A stretch of 64,000 nucleotides of DNA, taken from contig OZ024750.1 in NCBI GenBank assembly GCA_964016885.1, positions 45,508,001 to 45,572,000 of the forward strand, written 5' to 3'. The position numbers and the translations under genes were made by a program. This stretch comes from Eledone cirrhosa. Its lineage: Eukaryota. Positions within the stretch are counted from its first letter, which is position 1, and the number at the start of each line of letters is the position of its first letter. This document shows, one piece after another, positions 1 through 15,300 of the stretch. Below the pieces are notes generated by a model. It was not told the DNA's origin. It was given only the letters and a program-made list of their open reading frames with translations, and did no database searches.

Positions 1-690
1 CACTGTACAATGCAGTTCCTAAAAAAGATAGCCTCGATAATAAACACATTCAAAGCTACAGCAATGTGGAAGACAATCACGTACATAATATGAAAGTGTA
101 CTGGTGGAATGTTCCAGTAATAAACCCAATAAAATGTAGGCATAACAGACCAGATATTATGATATGGGACAGGGAGAAGAAAGCATGCACAGTAGTGGAA
201 GTTAGTTTCCCAGCAGATGCCAATATAATATCAAAGATTAACGAAAAGGGGAATATTTATTGCAGAACTGATGAGTAATCTGCAGATACTCCACCCTGAT
301 TACACCTTCAGATTTATGCCCGTGATTATTGGGGCACTGGGGTATGTTAGTAACTGCCTCAATACAAATCTTGAGAAGCTAGGCTTCACAGGAACAAAAA
401 TAACACAACTAGTTAGGAAATTACAAGTACAATCCATTAATGGAACAGTAAAAATATGTAAAACATTCCAAAAATGTGAAACATTCCAAAAATCTATTAA
501 CTGCATATACATATGTACAGATACAAAGCATATACACATGCACACATACAACTCAAAACCTCCACATTCACACATTCAATAACATCCATATCTACACATG
601 CATGCATTCATACATATCTACCTAGTTGATGTTGTGTAAATTCCAATGAGAGAGACTTGTGTCTATGTTAAAAACTGACTCTCTCTCTAT
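1..690 (+). mobile_element. 3' fragment of a non-LTR retrotransposon with a restriction-like endonuclease (RLE; R4/Dong-like), frameshifted
   Basis: ORFs 66-278 and 271-582 join across a frameshift to give RHNRPDIMIWDREKKACTVVEVSFP...EKGNIY / LQILHPDYTFRFMPVIIGALG. This is the PD-(D/E)xK RLE motif plus the C-terminal 'P(V/I)IIGALG' typical of RLE clades. The 3' boundary is approximate. Confidence 0.8.
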
Positions 691-710
691 TGGGAAAGGT
701 AGGTATACGA

Positions 711-776
711 CTGACAGGAAGGTAGACGGTACTGATGACAGCTAAGCTAGAAACTAGTTCATCGTTCCTTTGTCAG
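711..776 (+). ncRNA. Type I hammerhead ribozyme-like motif (minimal, palindromic stem III)
   Basis: CTGATGA (732-738), stem II AGC/GCT, GAAAC-TA-GTT. Flanks ACGGT/ATCGT, GGAA/TTCC and CTGACA/TGTCAG pair as an extended stem I. There are mismatches at the bases of stems I and II. Confidence 0.65.
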
Positions 777-884
777 TGTTTAACAAAAGAGCAGCGTTGG
801 TTGTCGAACACTGTGCGGCTAATAATTCGGGCTGTTTGTTTACAAACAAACTGAGCATTATAATAAATGTTCGGTAAACCCATA

Positions 885-981
885 CGTACATATATATATA
901 TGTGTGCATCTATGTATGTATATACATACTACTGTATGTCTGTATACATATATGAATGTACGTATAAATACTTATATATAT

Positions 982-1079
<98 letters not shown>

Positions 1080-1140
1080 ATAATAATAATAATAAAATGT
1101 GGAGGGGAAGCACACGAGTTAGGATATATATATATGTATA
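885..1140. repeat. (TA)n/(TG)n/(TAA)n microsatellite tract
   Basis: Directly visible simple repeats. Confidence 0.95.
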
Positions 1141-1744
1141 TGAAAACAGGGAGAAAGAGACGATTATTAGGAAGAAAAATATATATTTTTCCTTTTTTGT
1201 TTCTCTCTCTTTTTTCTGGGTTAGAAAATGATTAAAACGAAATGTTTTACTTTGTGTGAAGTGTTAAGGTATTAGTTGATTTATTTATTATTTAACAATG
1301 GCATTTATTTATTTATTTATATATTTAATTATTGTCTATTACCGGTTTCATTATTTTTATGCATTATCAAATGATAGTGAAATGTATTAGTGTGGTGTCG
1401 CATATGTTAGACAGAAGGTGCAGAAAGAATAATGTTATTTACAAACAAGGTTTATGAAGTGAAAAGAAAAAAGAAAAATGAAAAAAAATGTGCATAATGT
1501 AGAACGTAAAAGTCAATGTGGAAGAAAAAATAATGTTATTTACAAGCAAAGTCATTGAAGTTAAGCAGATCAAAATGTGTTAATATAGCAAGAGTGCTGA
1601 GTTGATCCATGATTCCGTGATGGAGGCAAATGGTGGACTGAGGTTTGATATGATTTCCCTTTTTAGAGAGTTAATATGCAGGGGGAAGCAATTCTTGCTG
1701 GATGATATTTAATTTATTAAGAAAAAATCCAACAAACACTCACT

Positions 1745-2176
1745 ATGAACCCTACAGTAACAAAATGCGGAAGGCCCAACTGTGGCATATGCATAAATCT
1801 AAAAGAAGGTTCAACATTCCATTTTAAACAAGGACAGCGTTTCACAGTTAAACACAAATTTGCATGTGCATATGAAAACCTTATCTATGTTTTGACCTGC
1901 TCAGGTTGTTAAGAGCACTACATAGGACAGACAAAAAACAGCCTCCGTCAATGTATGACCGTCCATAAATCACAAATTAAAATACAGAAATACAGAAAGA
2001 TTGCATTTAGTTAACATATCGCCAATTGTGCTCACAACCAACATCCAAACTTTAAAATTTTCCCCATTTACAAATTCATAGACAATGCTACTTTCATCCA
2101 TCGTACCAATAAGGAAACATATTTCATTAATACATTTCAGCCCCTACTTAATGTACTAAAAATCGGACCAATCTAA
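1745..2176 (+). pseudogene. GIY-YIG endonuclease of a Penelope-like element, with an upstream Cys motif and two in-frame stops
   Basis: Hand translation: MNPTVTKCGRPNCGICINLKEG...CAYENLIYVLTCSGC*EHYIGQTKNSLRQCMTVH...*HIANC...KETYFINTFQPLLN. It shows the LIY...CxxC...YIGQT, H, E and PxLN motifs of PLE GIY-YIG domains. Confidence 0.88.
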
Positions 2177-2589
2177 AACTGCAACAAACAATCAAACATT
2201 TACAAGAGTTAACTCCCTCACACCCTACCTAATCCTTTTTCTTAAATAAATTAAATATCATCCAGCAAGAATTGCTTCCCCCTGCATATTAACTCTCTAA
2301 AAAGGGAAATAATATCAAACCTCAGTCCACCATTTGCTTCCATCACGGAATCATGGATCAACTCAGCACTCTTGCTATATTAACACATTTTGATCTGCTT
2401 AACTTCAATGACTTTGCTTGTAAATAACATTATTTTTTTCTTCCACATTGACTTTTTATGTTCTACATTATGCACGTTTTTTTTTTCCTTTTTCTTTTTT
2501 CTTTTCACTTCATAAACCTTGTTTGTATATAACATTATTCTTTCTGTACCTTCTGTCTAACATGTGCGACACCACACTAATACATTTCA

Positions 2590-2631
2590 CTATCATTTGA
2601 TAATGCATAAAAATGGTGAAACCGGTAATAG
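2590..2631 (+). ncRNA. Degenerate hammerhead-like motif with a U3-A8 core in the PLE terminal repeat (mirror copy ~1336-1377 on the minus strand)
   Basis: TTGATAA-TGCATaaaaATGGT-GAAA-CCG-GTA-atag. Stem III ACCGGT is palindromic; stems I and II are imperfect. Confidence 0.45.
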
Positions 2632-2849
2632 AGTATAATTAAACATATGAATATATAAATAAATGCCATTGTTAAATAATAAATAAATCAACTAATACCT
2701 TAACACTTCACACAAAGTAAAACATTTCGTTTTAATCATTTTCTAACCCAGAAAAATGAGAGAGAAACAAAAATGGAAAAAAATATATGTTTCTTCCTAA
2801 TAATCGTCTCTTTCTCCCTGTTTTCATATATATATATATATATATATAT

Positions 2850-3259
2850 TTCGTTTCTGAATTTGTTTAGCAAGATTCTTTATCTGAAATCGTGTGTTGA
2901 AACCGATATTGTTATACTTTGGGAGGGTCATGTTGCCAATAAGAAACACACGCACCAGTTGCTTTCACTTCAATTTAATTTATTATATATTTATAAATTT
3001 ACAAATTTATAAATTTCTGGTTGGTTGGTTGGTTCCACAACCAGATAGTTGTTTATATATATATAGTCATAGTTCTTTCGTCACACACTCTGTGACCTCT
3101 TCAGTGACTGGGGATTTCTTTCTTCGTTTCTGTGGCTTTCCTTTCTTCTATCCTACGCCATTTTTCAAATGTAAATTTATAAATATATAATAAATTAAAT
3201 TGAAGTGAAAGCAACTGGTGCGTGTGTTTCTTATTGGCAACATGACCCTCCCAAAGTAT

Positions 3260-3266
<7 letters not shown>
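2850..3266 (-). mobile_element. Short non-autonomous HHR-bearing element with an asymmetric inverted repeat, between (TA)n tracts
   Basis: 2906-3003 is the reverse complement of 3170-3266. An HHR lies in the spacer, and a homologous copy is at 63870-64000 (+). Confidence 0.7.
3065..3109 (-). ncRNA. Type I hammerhead ribozyme
   Basis: The minus strand reads AGTCA-CTGAAGA-G-GTCACA(gagtg)TGTGAC-GAAA-G-AA-CTA-TGACT: stem I AGTCA/TGACT, a 6-bp stem II and a CUA cleavage triplet. Confidence 0.75.
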
Positions 3267-3299
<33 letters not shown>

Positions 3300-3469
3300 A
3301 GATCAAAAGATGGTTAAAAGAGTTCCATGTATTTCATTATGCGCATTTCAAAAACAAATATCATCATGCAATAACATTTGTGTTTTCATCAGATAAAATA
3401 GGAAGATATGATATGATGGTTAAAAAACACTTGTGGATAGTGCAGTTTTAAATCAACATATAAAAGTCA

Positions 3470-3671
<202 letters not shown>

Positions 3672-3790
3672 CGGCGTGTGGCTGAGTGGTTAGAGAATTG
3701 TATCCGCAATCGTGAGGTTGTGTGTCCGATTCCTGGACCGCGCTATGCGTTATGTCCTTGAGCAAGATACTTTAATTCACGCTGCTCTTT
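3672..3790 (+). mobile_element. tRNA-derived SINE head with CORE-like segment
   Basis: A-box-like TGGCTGAGTGGTT, degenerate B-box GTCCGATTCC, then GTCCTTGAGCAAGATACTT resembling the CORE/V-SINE conserved motif. Confidence 0.65.
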
Positions 3791-4022
3791 CTACCTGGAG
3801 TTGCGATCGATAGATAGTATTAGCAATTGGAAAGACCAACGGAAACATTGTACCCTTGGTCCGATTTGTCATTGTTATATGAATATATATGTGTGTATGT
3901 ATGCGTGTGTGTGAGAGCGTTTGTGGGTGCGTGTGTGTGTGTGTGTCTATACGTGTGTGCGTGTGTGTATGTGTCTATATATATGACTATGTGTGTGAGC
4001 GGATAACATTAATATTTGTTTC

Positions 4023-4205
4023 GGTGGATTGGCAGTATCGGTAGAGGGTCGGACGCCATGCTTTGACGTATATAGCTACGGCCCTTGCCATTCTGAGTTC
4101 AAATCCCGCCAAGGTTAACTTTGCCTTTCATCCTTACGGGGTCGATTAAATAAAGTACCAGTAATGCACTGGGTATTTGCTGGCCTTGTGCCAAAAGTAG
4201 AAACA
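4023..4205 (+). mobile_element. SINE (family A, Nin/Deu-like central domain), full length, with 15-bp TSD
   Basis: B-box GTTCAAATCC and central TTTGCCTTTCATCCTTACGGGGTCGAT..AGTACCAG. TSD ATTAATATTTGTTTC at 4008-4022 and 4206-4220. Several other copies are in the window. Confidence 0.88.
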
Positions 4206-4904
4206 ATTAATATTTGTTTCCAATGGCGTTGTCGTTTCCTAAATAGATCTAACATAAACATTTTCTAATTACCCGACAAAGAATGTTCTTCAATATATTT
4301 TATAAATATTTACAGGCAACACACTCGGATGCTTCACTGTTTCATATACATTATAACGTTAACATAACCTCCTAGTCTTGTATTGCCACAAACCTATAAT
4401 TATTATTATATCCATTTATATCTCCCAGCTCAGTCAGACTGTTTCAGTTGTCGCTGTATTACGTATATGTTATCTGTGGTAAATTGAAAGTAATGTTCTG
4501 CGGAACATTACTAATATATCTTCATAGTCCCTGGCGGATGAAACTTTCATGATTGGTCTTACGTTCGCGTTGAATCATTATGAAATCACGTGTAATACCT
4601 AAGAGAGATATATATACAAGTATAGCAAACGAGAATCTTTGCAAAGATTCGAAGGCAAAGCGAAGTAGAAACATCATACATTTCTGAATCAAAGATATTA
4701 CACAGGTGGTGTGGCAATATTATATATATATATATATGTATATATGTGTGTTTGTGTGTGTATGTGTCAGTGTGTGTGTGTGTTTATTTATAGTACTTAT
4801 GTTCAACGCCATTTTGTTCGGGAGTGTACTTGCAAATTACTCACTATATATATGTGTGTATGTGTGTATGTATATATATACATACGTACATATATATATA
4901 TATA

Positions 4905-4955
4905 TAGATAGAGAGAGAGAGAGAGAGGGGGGGAGGGAGAGAGATATATAGAGAG

Positions 4956-5022
<67 letters not shown>

Positions 5023-5340
5023 CGAACCGCGGAGGAGATGGAGGCAGAAATAAAGAAATTGAAAACTAGAACTAGAAGAGCGAAAGATGGACAGAATGGA
5101 GGAGAGAGAGGGAGTGAGGTCGAGAGGGAGAGTGAGGTGTGAGGGAGTGAGAGTGAGATAGGGAGTGATGGAGAGAGGGAGTGAAGGAGTGATGGGGTGA
5201 GGGAGTGAGGGTGAGATAAGGAGTGAGGGCGAGAGAGAGGGAGTGAGGGTTTGAGGGAGTGAGAGTGAGATAGGGAGTGAGGGAGAATGAGGGAGAGAGA
5301 GGGAGTGAGGGAGATGCAGAAGAGTGAAGGAGAGAGTGAA
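4905..5340. repeat. (GA)n microsatellite and degenerate GAGGGAGT purine-rich low-complexity tract
   Basis: Directly visible. Confidence 0.9.
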
Positions 5341-5586
5341 GATGTTCATGGAAATAACAGTTAAGTGTTGAAAACAAGAGACAGAGTCAAATATGTTAGT
5401 AGATAGAAATATATAATAAGAAATAAGACTTAGTTACAGTAGTGAGGTGTTTCTTAGACATAGCGACATAAAGACTTCCTTGTATTTCTTTATATGGCGT
5501 ACATTCATATTACCTTCATTAGAATTTTGATGACGTCCCTAACTTCACACTTACATATCATTTTTATATTTTTTCCTCATTCCCAG

Positions 5587-6064
5587 GTGCCGACATTCTA
5601 TCGATCGGATCAATCAAAGAAGTTAGCCAAACATACAATTGGATTAGAATCTGTTTATGGCCCTCTAGAAGTTCGTTTACATCTAACCGTTCGTTTTCAC
5701 TTGCTTGCCTGTTTGACGCAATCAGTCCTGACATGCCAAAATGGAAGCCATTTCGCTGACGAGAGACGATGTGTGTTTAACATCCACAAGCACGATGCTG
5801 GCATTTTAAATCATTAACTCACTGGCTATTTCGTGGAAACTAAACATCACAATTGCCTCCATTGCCAACGGAGATGACGACAACCACTGCTACAATGATA
5901 AGAACAGCAACGACGGCAGCGACTTGAACAACGAGAACAGCAACAATAACAACAACAACAACAACACCACAGACATCAGCAACAGCAGCAACATGAACAC
6001 CAACAACAACAACATATACGCCAACAACGACGAAGACAACAACAACACAAACACAACCACCACC

Positions 6065-6095
<31 letters not shown>

Positions 6096-6376
6096 CCTAT
6101 ACCTACAACGACAGCAACAAAACAACAACACATATACCAACAACGACAACACAAACAACACCACCACCACCAACAACAACAACAACATATACACAAGCAC
6201 CACCACTACCACCACCACCAACAACGACAACAACAACACAACAACAACAACAACACAACAACAACAACAACAACAACATCAACGACAACAACAACCACAT
6301 TAACCACATCTTCAGCTAGAGTCACAAATAATACCACAGCGAGGAAGACAACTACAACACCAGCTACATCAATTAA
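5587..6376 (+). pseudogene. Disrupted exon: Cys-containing (possibly PAN/apple-like) segment leading into a Thr-rich mucin-like region
   Basis: Polypyrimidine tract plus CAG acceptor ending at 5586. Then VPTFYRSDQSKKLAKHTIGLESVYGPLE...LACLTQSVLTCQNGSHFADERRCVFN...*LTGYFVET, which shifts into TSQLPPLPTEMTTTTATMIRTATT... with stops and frameshifts. The domain call rests on Cys spacing only. Confidence 0.4.
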
Positions 6377-9300
6377 CAACCACATCAACTACAACCACAC
6401 CAACTACAACCACAACAACTACAACCACATCAACAACAACCGCATCAACTACAACCACATCAACTACAACCACATCAACTACAACCACACCAAATACAAC
6501 CACATCAACTACAACCGCATCAACTACAACCACATCAACTACAACCACACCAAATACAACCACACCAACTACAACCACAACAACTACAACCACACCAACT
6601 ACAACCACACCAACTACAACCACATCAACTACAACCAACTAAACTACAACCACATCAACTACAACCACATCAACTACAACCACACCAACTATGACCACAT
6701 CAACTACAACCACAACAACTACAACCACATCAACTACAACCACATCAACTACAACCACACCAACTACAACCACACCAACTACAACCACACCAACTACAAC
6801 CACACCAACTACAACCACATCAACTACAACCACATCAACTACAACCACACCAACTACAACCACACCAACTACAACCACATCAACTACAACCACACCAACT
6901 ACAACCACACCAACTACAACCACACAAACTACAACCACACCAACTACAACCACACCAACTACAACCACACCAACTACAACCACACCAACTACAACCACAC
7001 CAACTACAACCACACCAACTACAACCACATCAACTACAACCACACCAACTACAACCACATCAACTACAACCACACCAACTACAACCACACCAACTACAAC
7101 CACACCAACTATAACCGCATCAACTACAACCACACCAACTACAACCACATCAACTACAACCACACCAACTACAACCACACCAAATACAACCACATCAACA
7201 ACAACCGCATCAACTACAACCACATCAACTACAACCACATCAACTACAACCACACCAAATACAACCACACCAACTACAACCACAACAACTACAACCACAC
7301 CAACTACAACCACATCAACTACAACCACATCAACTACAACCACACCAAATACAACCACACCAACTACAACCACACCAACTACAACCACAACAACTACAAC
7401 CACACCAACTACAACCACATCAACTACAACCACCTAAACTACAACCACATCAACTACAACCACATCAACTACAACCACACCAACTATCACCACATCAACT
7501 ACAACCACAACAACTACAACCACATCAACTACAACCACATCAACTACAACCACACCAACTACAACCACACCAACTACAACCACACCAACTACAACCGCAT
7601 CAACTACAACCACATCAACTACAACCACACCAACTACAACCACACCAACTACAACCACAACAACTACAACCACACCAACTACAACCACAACAACTACAAC
7701 CACACCAACTACAACCACATCAACTACAACCACCTAAACTACAACCACATCAACTACAACCACATCAACTACAACCACACCAACTACAACCACACCAACT
7801 ACAACCACACCAACTACAACCGCATCAACTACAACCACATCAACTACAACCACACCAACTACAACCACACCAACTACAACCACAACAACTACAACCACAC
7901 CAACTACAACCACAGCAACTACAACCACATCAACTACAACCACCTAAACTACAACCACATCAACTACAACCACATCAACTACAACCACACCAACTATCAC
8001 CACATCAACTACAACCACAACAACTACAACCACATCAACTACAACCACATCAACTACAACCACACCAACTACAACCACACCAACTACAACCACATCAACT
8101 ACAACCACATCAACTACAACCACACCAACTACAATCACACCAACTACAACCACATCAACTACAACCACACCGACTACAACCACACCAACTACAACCACAC
8201 CAACTACAACCACACCAACTACAACCACATCAACTACAACCACACCAACTATGACCACATCAACTACAACCACAGCAACTACAACCACATCAACTACAAC
8301 CACCTAAACTACAACCACATCAACTACAACCACATCAACTACAACCACACCAACTATCACCACATCAACTACAACCACAACAACTACAACCACATCAACT
8401 ACAACCACATCAACTACAACCACACCAACTACAACCACACCAACTACAACCGCATCAACTACAACCACACCAACTACAACCACATCAACTACAACCACAA
8501 CAACTACAACCACATCAACTACAACCACACCAACTACAACCGCATCAACTACAACCACACCAACTACAACCACATCAACTACAACCGCATCAACTACAAC
8601 CACACCAACTACAACCACATCAACTACAACCGCATCAACTACAACCACACCAACTACAACCGCATCAACTACAACCACACCAACTACAACCACATCAACT
8701 ACAACCGCATCAACTACAACCACACCAACTACAACCACATCAACTACAACCACATCAACTACAACCACACCAACTACAACCGCATCAACTACAACCACAC
8801 CAACTACAACCACATCAACTACAACCGCATCAACTACAACCACACCAACTACAACCGCATCAACTACAACCGCATCAACTACAACCACACCAACTATCAC
8901 CACATCAACTGCAACCACAACAACTACAACCACATCAACTACAACCGCATCAACTACAACCACACCAACTACAACCACACCAACTACAACCGCATCAACT
9001 ACAACCACAACAACTACAACCACACCAACTACAACCACAGCAACTACAACCACATCAACTACAACCACCTAAACTACAACCACATCAACTACAACCGCAT
9101 CAACTACAACCACACCAACTATCACCACATCAACTACAACCACATCAACTACAACCACATCAACTACAACCACACCAACTACAACCACACCAACTACAAC
9201 CACACCAACTACAACCGCATCAACTACAACCACATCAACTACAACCACACCAACTACAACCACACCAACTACAACCACATCAACTACAACCACACCAACT

Positions 9301-12300
9301 ACAACCACAACAACTACAACCACACCAACTACAACCACACCAACTACAACCACATCGACAACAACCATACTAACTACAACCACAACAACTACAACCACAC
9401 CAACTACAACCACAGCAACTACAACCACATCAACTACAACCACCTAAACTACAACCACATCAACTACAACCACATCAACTACAACCACACCAACTATGAC
9501 CACATCAACTACAACCACAACAACTACAACCACATCAACTACAACCACATCAACTACAACCACACCAACTACAACCACACCAACTACAACCATATCAACT
9601 ACAACCACATCAACTACAACCACACCAACTACAATCACACCAACTACAACCACATCAACTACAACCACACCAACTACAACCACACCAACTACAACCACAT
9701 CAACTACAACCACACCAACTGCAACCACATCAACTACAACCACACCAACTACAACCACATCAACTACAACCACACCAACTACAACCACATCAACTACAAC
9801 CACATCAACTACAACCACACCAACTATAACCACACCAAATACAACCACATCAAGTACAACTGCATCAACTACAACCACATCAACTACAACCACATCAACT
9901 ACAACCACACCAAATACAACCACACCAACTACAACCACAACAAATACAACCACACCAACTACAACCACACCAACTACAACCACATCAACTACAACCACCT
10001 AAACTACAACCACATCAACTACAACCACATCAACTACAACCACACCAACTATGACCACATCAACTACAACCACAACAACTACAACCACATCAACTACAAC
10101 CACATCAACTACAACCACACCAACTACAACCACACCAACTACAACCACACCAACTACAACCGCATCAACTACAACCACATCAACTACAACCACACCAACT
10201 ACATCCACACCAACTACAACCACATCAACTACAACCACACCAACTACAACCACAACAACTACAACCACACCAACTACAACCACACCAACTACAACCACAT
10301 CACCTACAACCACACCAACTACAACCACAACAACTACAACCACACCAACTACAACCACAACAACTACAACCACATCAACTACAACCACCTAAACTACAAC
10401 CACAACAACTACAACCACACCAACTACAACCACAGCAACTACAACCACATCAACTACAACCACCTAAACTACAACCACATCAACTACAACCACATCAACT
10501 ACAACCACACCAACTATGACCACATCAACTACAACCACAACAACTACAACCACATCAACTACAACCACATCAACTACAACCACACCAACTACAACCACAC
10601 CAACTACAACCACATCAACTACAACCACATCAACTACAACCACACCAACTACAATCACACCAACTACAACCACATCAACTACAACCACACCAACTACAAC
10701 CACACCAACTACAACCACACCAACTATGACCACATCAACTACAACCACAACAACTACAACCACATCAACTACAACCACATCAACTACAACCACACCAACT
10801 ACAACCACACCAACTACAACCACATCAACTACAACCACATCAACTACAACCACACCAACTACAATCACACCAACTACAACCACATCAACTACAACCACAC
10901 CAACTACAACCACACCAACTACAACCACACCAACTACAACCACACCAACTACAACCACATCAACTACAACCACAGCAACTACAACCACATCAACTACAAC
11001 CACACCAACTACAACCACATCAACTACAACCACATCAACTACAACCACACCAACTACAACCACACCAACTACAACCACACCAACTACAACCACACCAACT
11101 ACAACCACATCAACTACAACCACACCAACTACAACCACATCAACTACAACCACACAATCTACAACCACATCAACTACAACCACATCAACTACAACCACAC
11201 CAACTACATCCACACCAACTACCACCACACCAACTACAACCACATCAACTACAACCACATCAACTACAACCACGCCGACTACAACCACATCAACTACAAC
11301 CACACCAACTACAACCACACCAACTACAACCACATCAACTACAACCACATCAACTACAACCACACCAACTACAACCACATCAACTACAACCACATCAACT
11401 ACAACCACACCAACTACAACCACATCAACTACAACCACACCAACTACAACCACACCAACTACAACCACATCAACTACAACCACATCAACTACAACCACAC
11501 CAACTACAACCACATCAACTACAACCACATCAACTACAACCACACCAACTACAACCACATCAACTACAACCACACCAACTATAACCACATCAACTACAAC
11601 CACACCAACTACAACCACACCAACTACAACCACACCAACTACAACCACATCAACTACAAGCACATCAACTACAACCACGCCAACTACAACCACATCAACT
11701 ACAACCACACCAACTACAACCACACCAACTACAACCACATCAACTACAACCACACCAACTACAACCACACCAACTACAACCGCATCAACTACAACCACAT
11801 CAACTACAACCACACCAAATACAACCACACCAACTACAACCACAACAAATACAACCACACCAACTACAACCACACCAACTACAACCACATCAACTACAAC
11901 CACCTAAACTACAACCACATCAACTACAACCACATCAACTACAACCACACCAACTATGACCACATCAACTACAACCACAACAACTACAACCACATCAACT
12001 ACAACCACATCAACTACAACCACACCAACTACAACCACACCAACTACAACCACACCAACTACAACCGCATCAACTACAACCACATCAACTACAACCACAC
12101 CAACTACATCCACACCAACTACAACCACATCAACTACAACCACACCAACTACAACCACAACAACTACAACCACACCAACTACAACCACACCAACTACAAC
12201 CACATCACCTACAACCACACCAACTACAACCACAACAACTACAACCACACCAACTACAACCACAACAACTACAACCACATCAACTACAACCACCTAAACT

Positions 12301-15300
12301 ACAACCACAACAACTACAACCACACCAACTACAACCACAGCAACTACAACCACATCAACTACAACCACCTAAACTACAACCACATCAACTACAACCACAT
12401 CAACTACAACCACACCAACTATGACCACATCAACTACAACCACAACAACTACAACCACATCAACTACAACCACATCAACTACAACCACACCAACTACAAC
12501 CACACCAACTACAACCACATCAACTACAACCACATCAACTACAACCACACCAACTACAATCACACCAACTACAACCACATCAACTACAACCACACCAACT
12601 ACAACCACACCAACTACAACCACACCAACTATGACCACATCAACTACAACCACAACAACTACAACCACATCAACTACAACCACATCAACTACAACCACAC
12701 CAACTACAACCACACCAACTACAACCACATCAACTACAACCACATCAACTACAACCACACCAACTACAATCACACCAACTACAACCACATCAACTACAAC
12801 CACACCAACTACAACCACACCAACTACAACCACACCAACTACAACCACACCAACTACAACCACATCAACTACAACCACAGCAACTACAACCACATCAACT
12901 ACAACCACACCAACTACAACCACATCAACTACAACCACATCAACTACAACCACACCAACTACAACCACACCAACTACAACCACACCAACTACAACCACAC
13001 CAACTACAACCACATCAACTACAACCACACCAACTACAACCACATCAACTACAACCACACAATCTACAACCACATCAACTACAACCACATCAACTACAAC
13101 CACACCAACTACATCCACACCAACTACCACCACACCAACTACAACCACATCAACTACAACCACATCAACTACAACCACGCCGACTACAACCACATCAACT
13201 ACAACCACACCAACTACAACCACACCAACTACAACCACATCAACTACAACCACATCAACTACAACCACACCAACTACAACCACATCAACTACAACCACAT
13301 CAACTACAACCACACCAACTACAACCACATCAACTACAACCACACCAACTACAACCACACCAACTACAACCACATCAACTACAACCACATCAACTACAAC
13401 CACACCAACTACAACCGCATCAACTACAACCACACCAACTACAACCACATCAACTACAACCACAACAACTACAACCACATCAACTACAACCACACCAACT
13501 ACAACCGCATCAACTACAACCACACCAACTACAACCACATCAACTACAACCGCATCAACTACAACCACACCAACTACAACCACATCAACTACAACCGCAT
13601 CAACTACAACCACACCAACTACAACCGCATCAACTACAACCACACCAACTACAACCACATCAACTACAACCGCATCAACTACAACCACACCAACTACAAC
13701 CACATCAACTACAACCACATCAACTACAACCACACCAACTACAACCGCATCAACTACAACCACACCAACTACAACCACATCAACTACAACCGCATCAACT
13801 ACAACCACACCAACTACAACCGCATCAACTACAACCGCATCAACTACAACCACACCAACTATCACCACATCAACTGCAACCACAACAACTACAACCACAT
13901 CAACTACAACCGCATCAACTACAACCACACCAACTACAACCACACCAACTACAACCGCATCAACTACAACCACAACAACTACAACCACACCAACTACAAC
14001 CACAGCAACTACAACCACATCAACTACAACCACCTAAACTACAACCACATCAACTACAACCGCATCAACTACAACCACACCAACTATCACCACATCAACT
14101 ACAACCACATCAACTACAACCACATCAACTACAACCACACCAACTACAACCACACCAACTACAACCACACCAACTACAACCGCATCAACTACAACCACAT
14201 CAACTACAACCACACCAACTACAACCACACCAACTACAACCACATCAACTACAACCACACCAACTACAACCACAACAACTACAACCACACCAACTACAAC
14301 CACACCAACTACAACCACATCGACAACAACCATACTAACTACAACCACAACAACTACAACCACACCAACTACAACCACAGCAACTACAACCACATCAACT
14401 ACAACCACCTAAACTACAACCACATCAACTACAACCACATCAACTACAACCACACCAACTATGACCACATCAACTACAACCACAACAACTACAACCACAT
14501 CAACTACAACCACATCAACTACAACCACACCAACTACAACCACACCAACTACAACCATATCAACTACAACCACATCAACTACAACCACACCAACTACAAT
14601 CACACCAACTACAACCACACCAACTACAACCATATCAACTACAACCACATCAACTACAACCACACCAACTACAACCACACCAACTACAACCGCATCAACT
14701 ACAACCACATCAACTACAACCACACCAACTACATCCACACCAACTACAACCACATCAACTACAACCACACCAACTACAACCACAACAACTACAACCACAC
14801 CAACTACAACCACACCAACTACAACCACATCACCTACAACCACACCAACTACAACCACACCAACTACAACCACAACAACTACAACCACATCAACTACAAC
14901 CACCTAAACTACAACCACAACAACTACAACCACACCAACTACAACCACAGCAACTACAACCACATCAACTACAACCACCTAAACTACAACCACATCAACT
15001 ACAACCACATCAACTACAACCACACCAACTATGACCACATCAACTACAACCACAACAACTACAACCACATCAACTACAACCACATCAACTACAACCACAC
15101 CAACTACAACCACACCAACTACAACCACATCAACTACAACCACATCAACTACAACCACACCAACTACAATCACACCAACTACAACCACATCAACTACAAC
15201 CACACCAACTACAACCACACCAACTACAACCACACCAACTATGACCACATCAACTACAACCACAACAACTACAACCACATCAACTACAACCACATCAACT

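Larger units (their letters stand above)
1136..2830 (+). mobile_element. Penelope-like element (PLE) 3' fragment with an inverted copy of its ~590-bp 3' region, inserted in (TA)n
   Basis: 1136-~1720 is the reverse complement of ~2240-2830. The spacer encodes a GIY-YIG endonuclease remnant, and both outer ends abut TA repeats. Confidence 0.85.

Noticed and set aside
3672-3745. tRNA gene
   Set aside because: It has A/B-box-like motifs but no acceptor stem or cloverleaf, and it continues into a SINE body.
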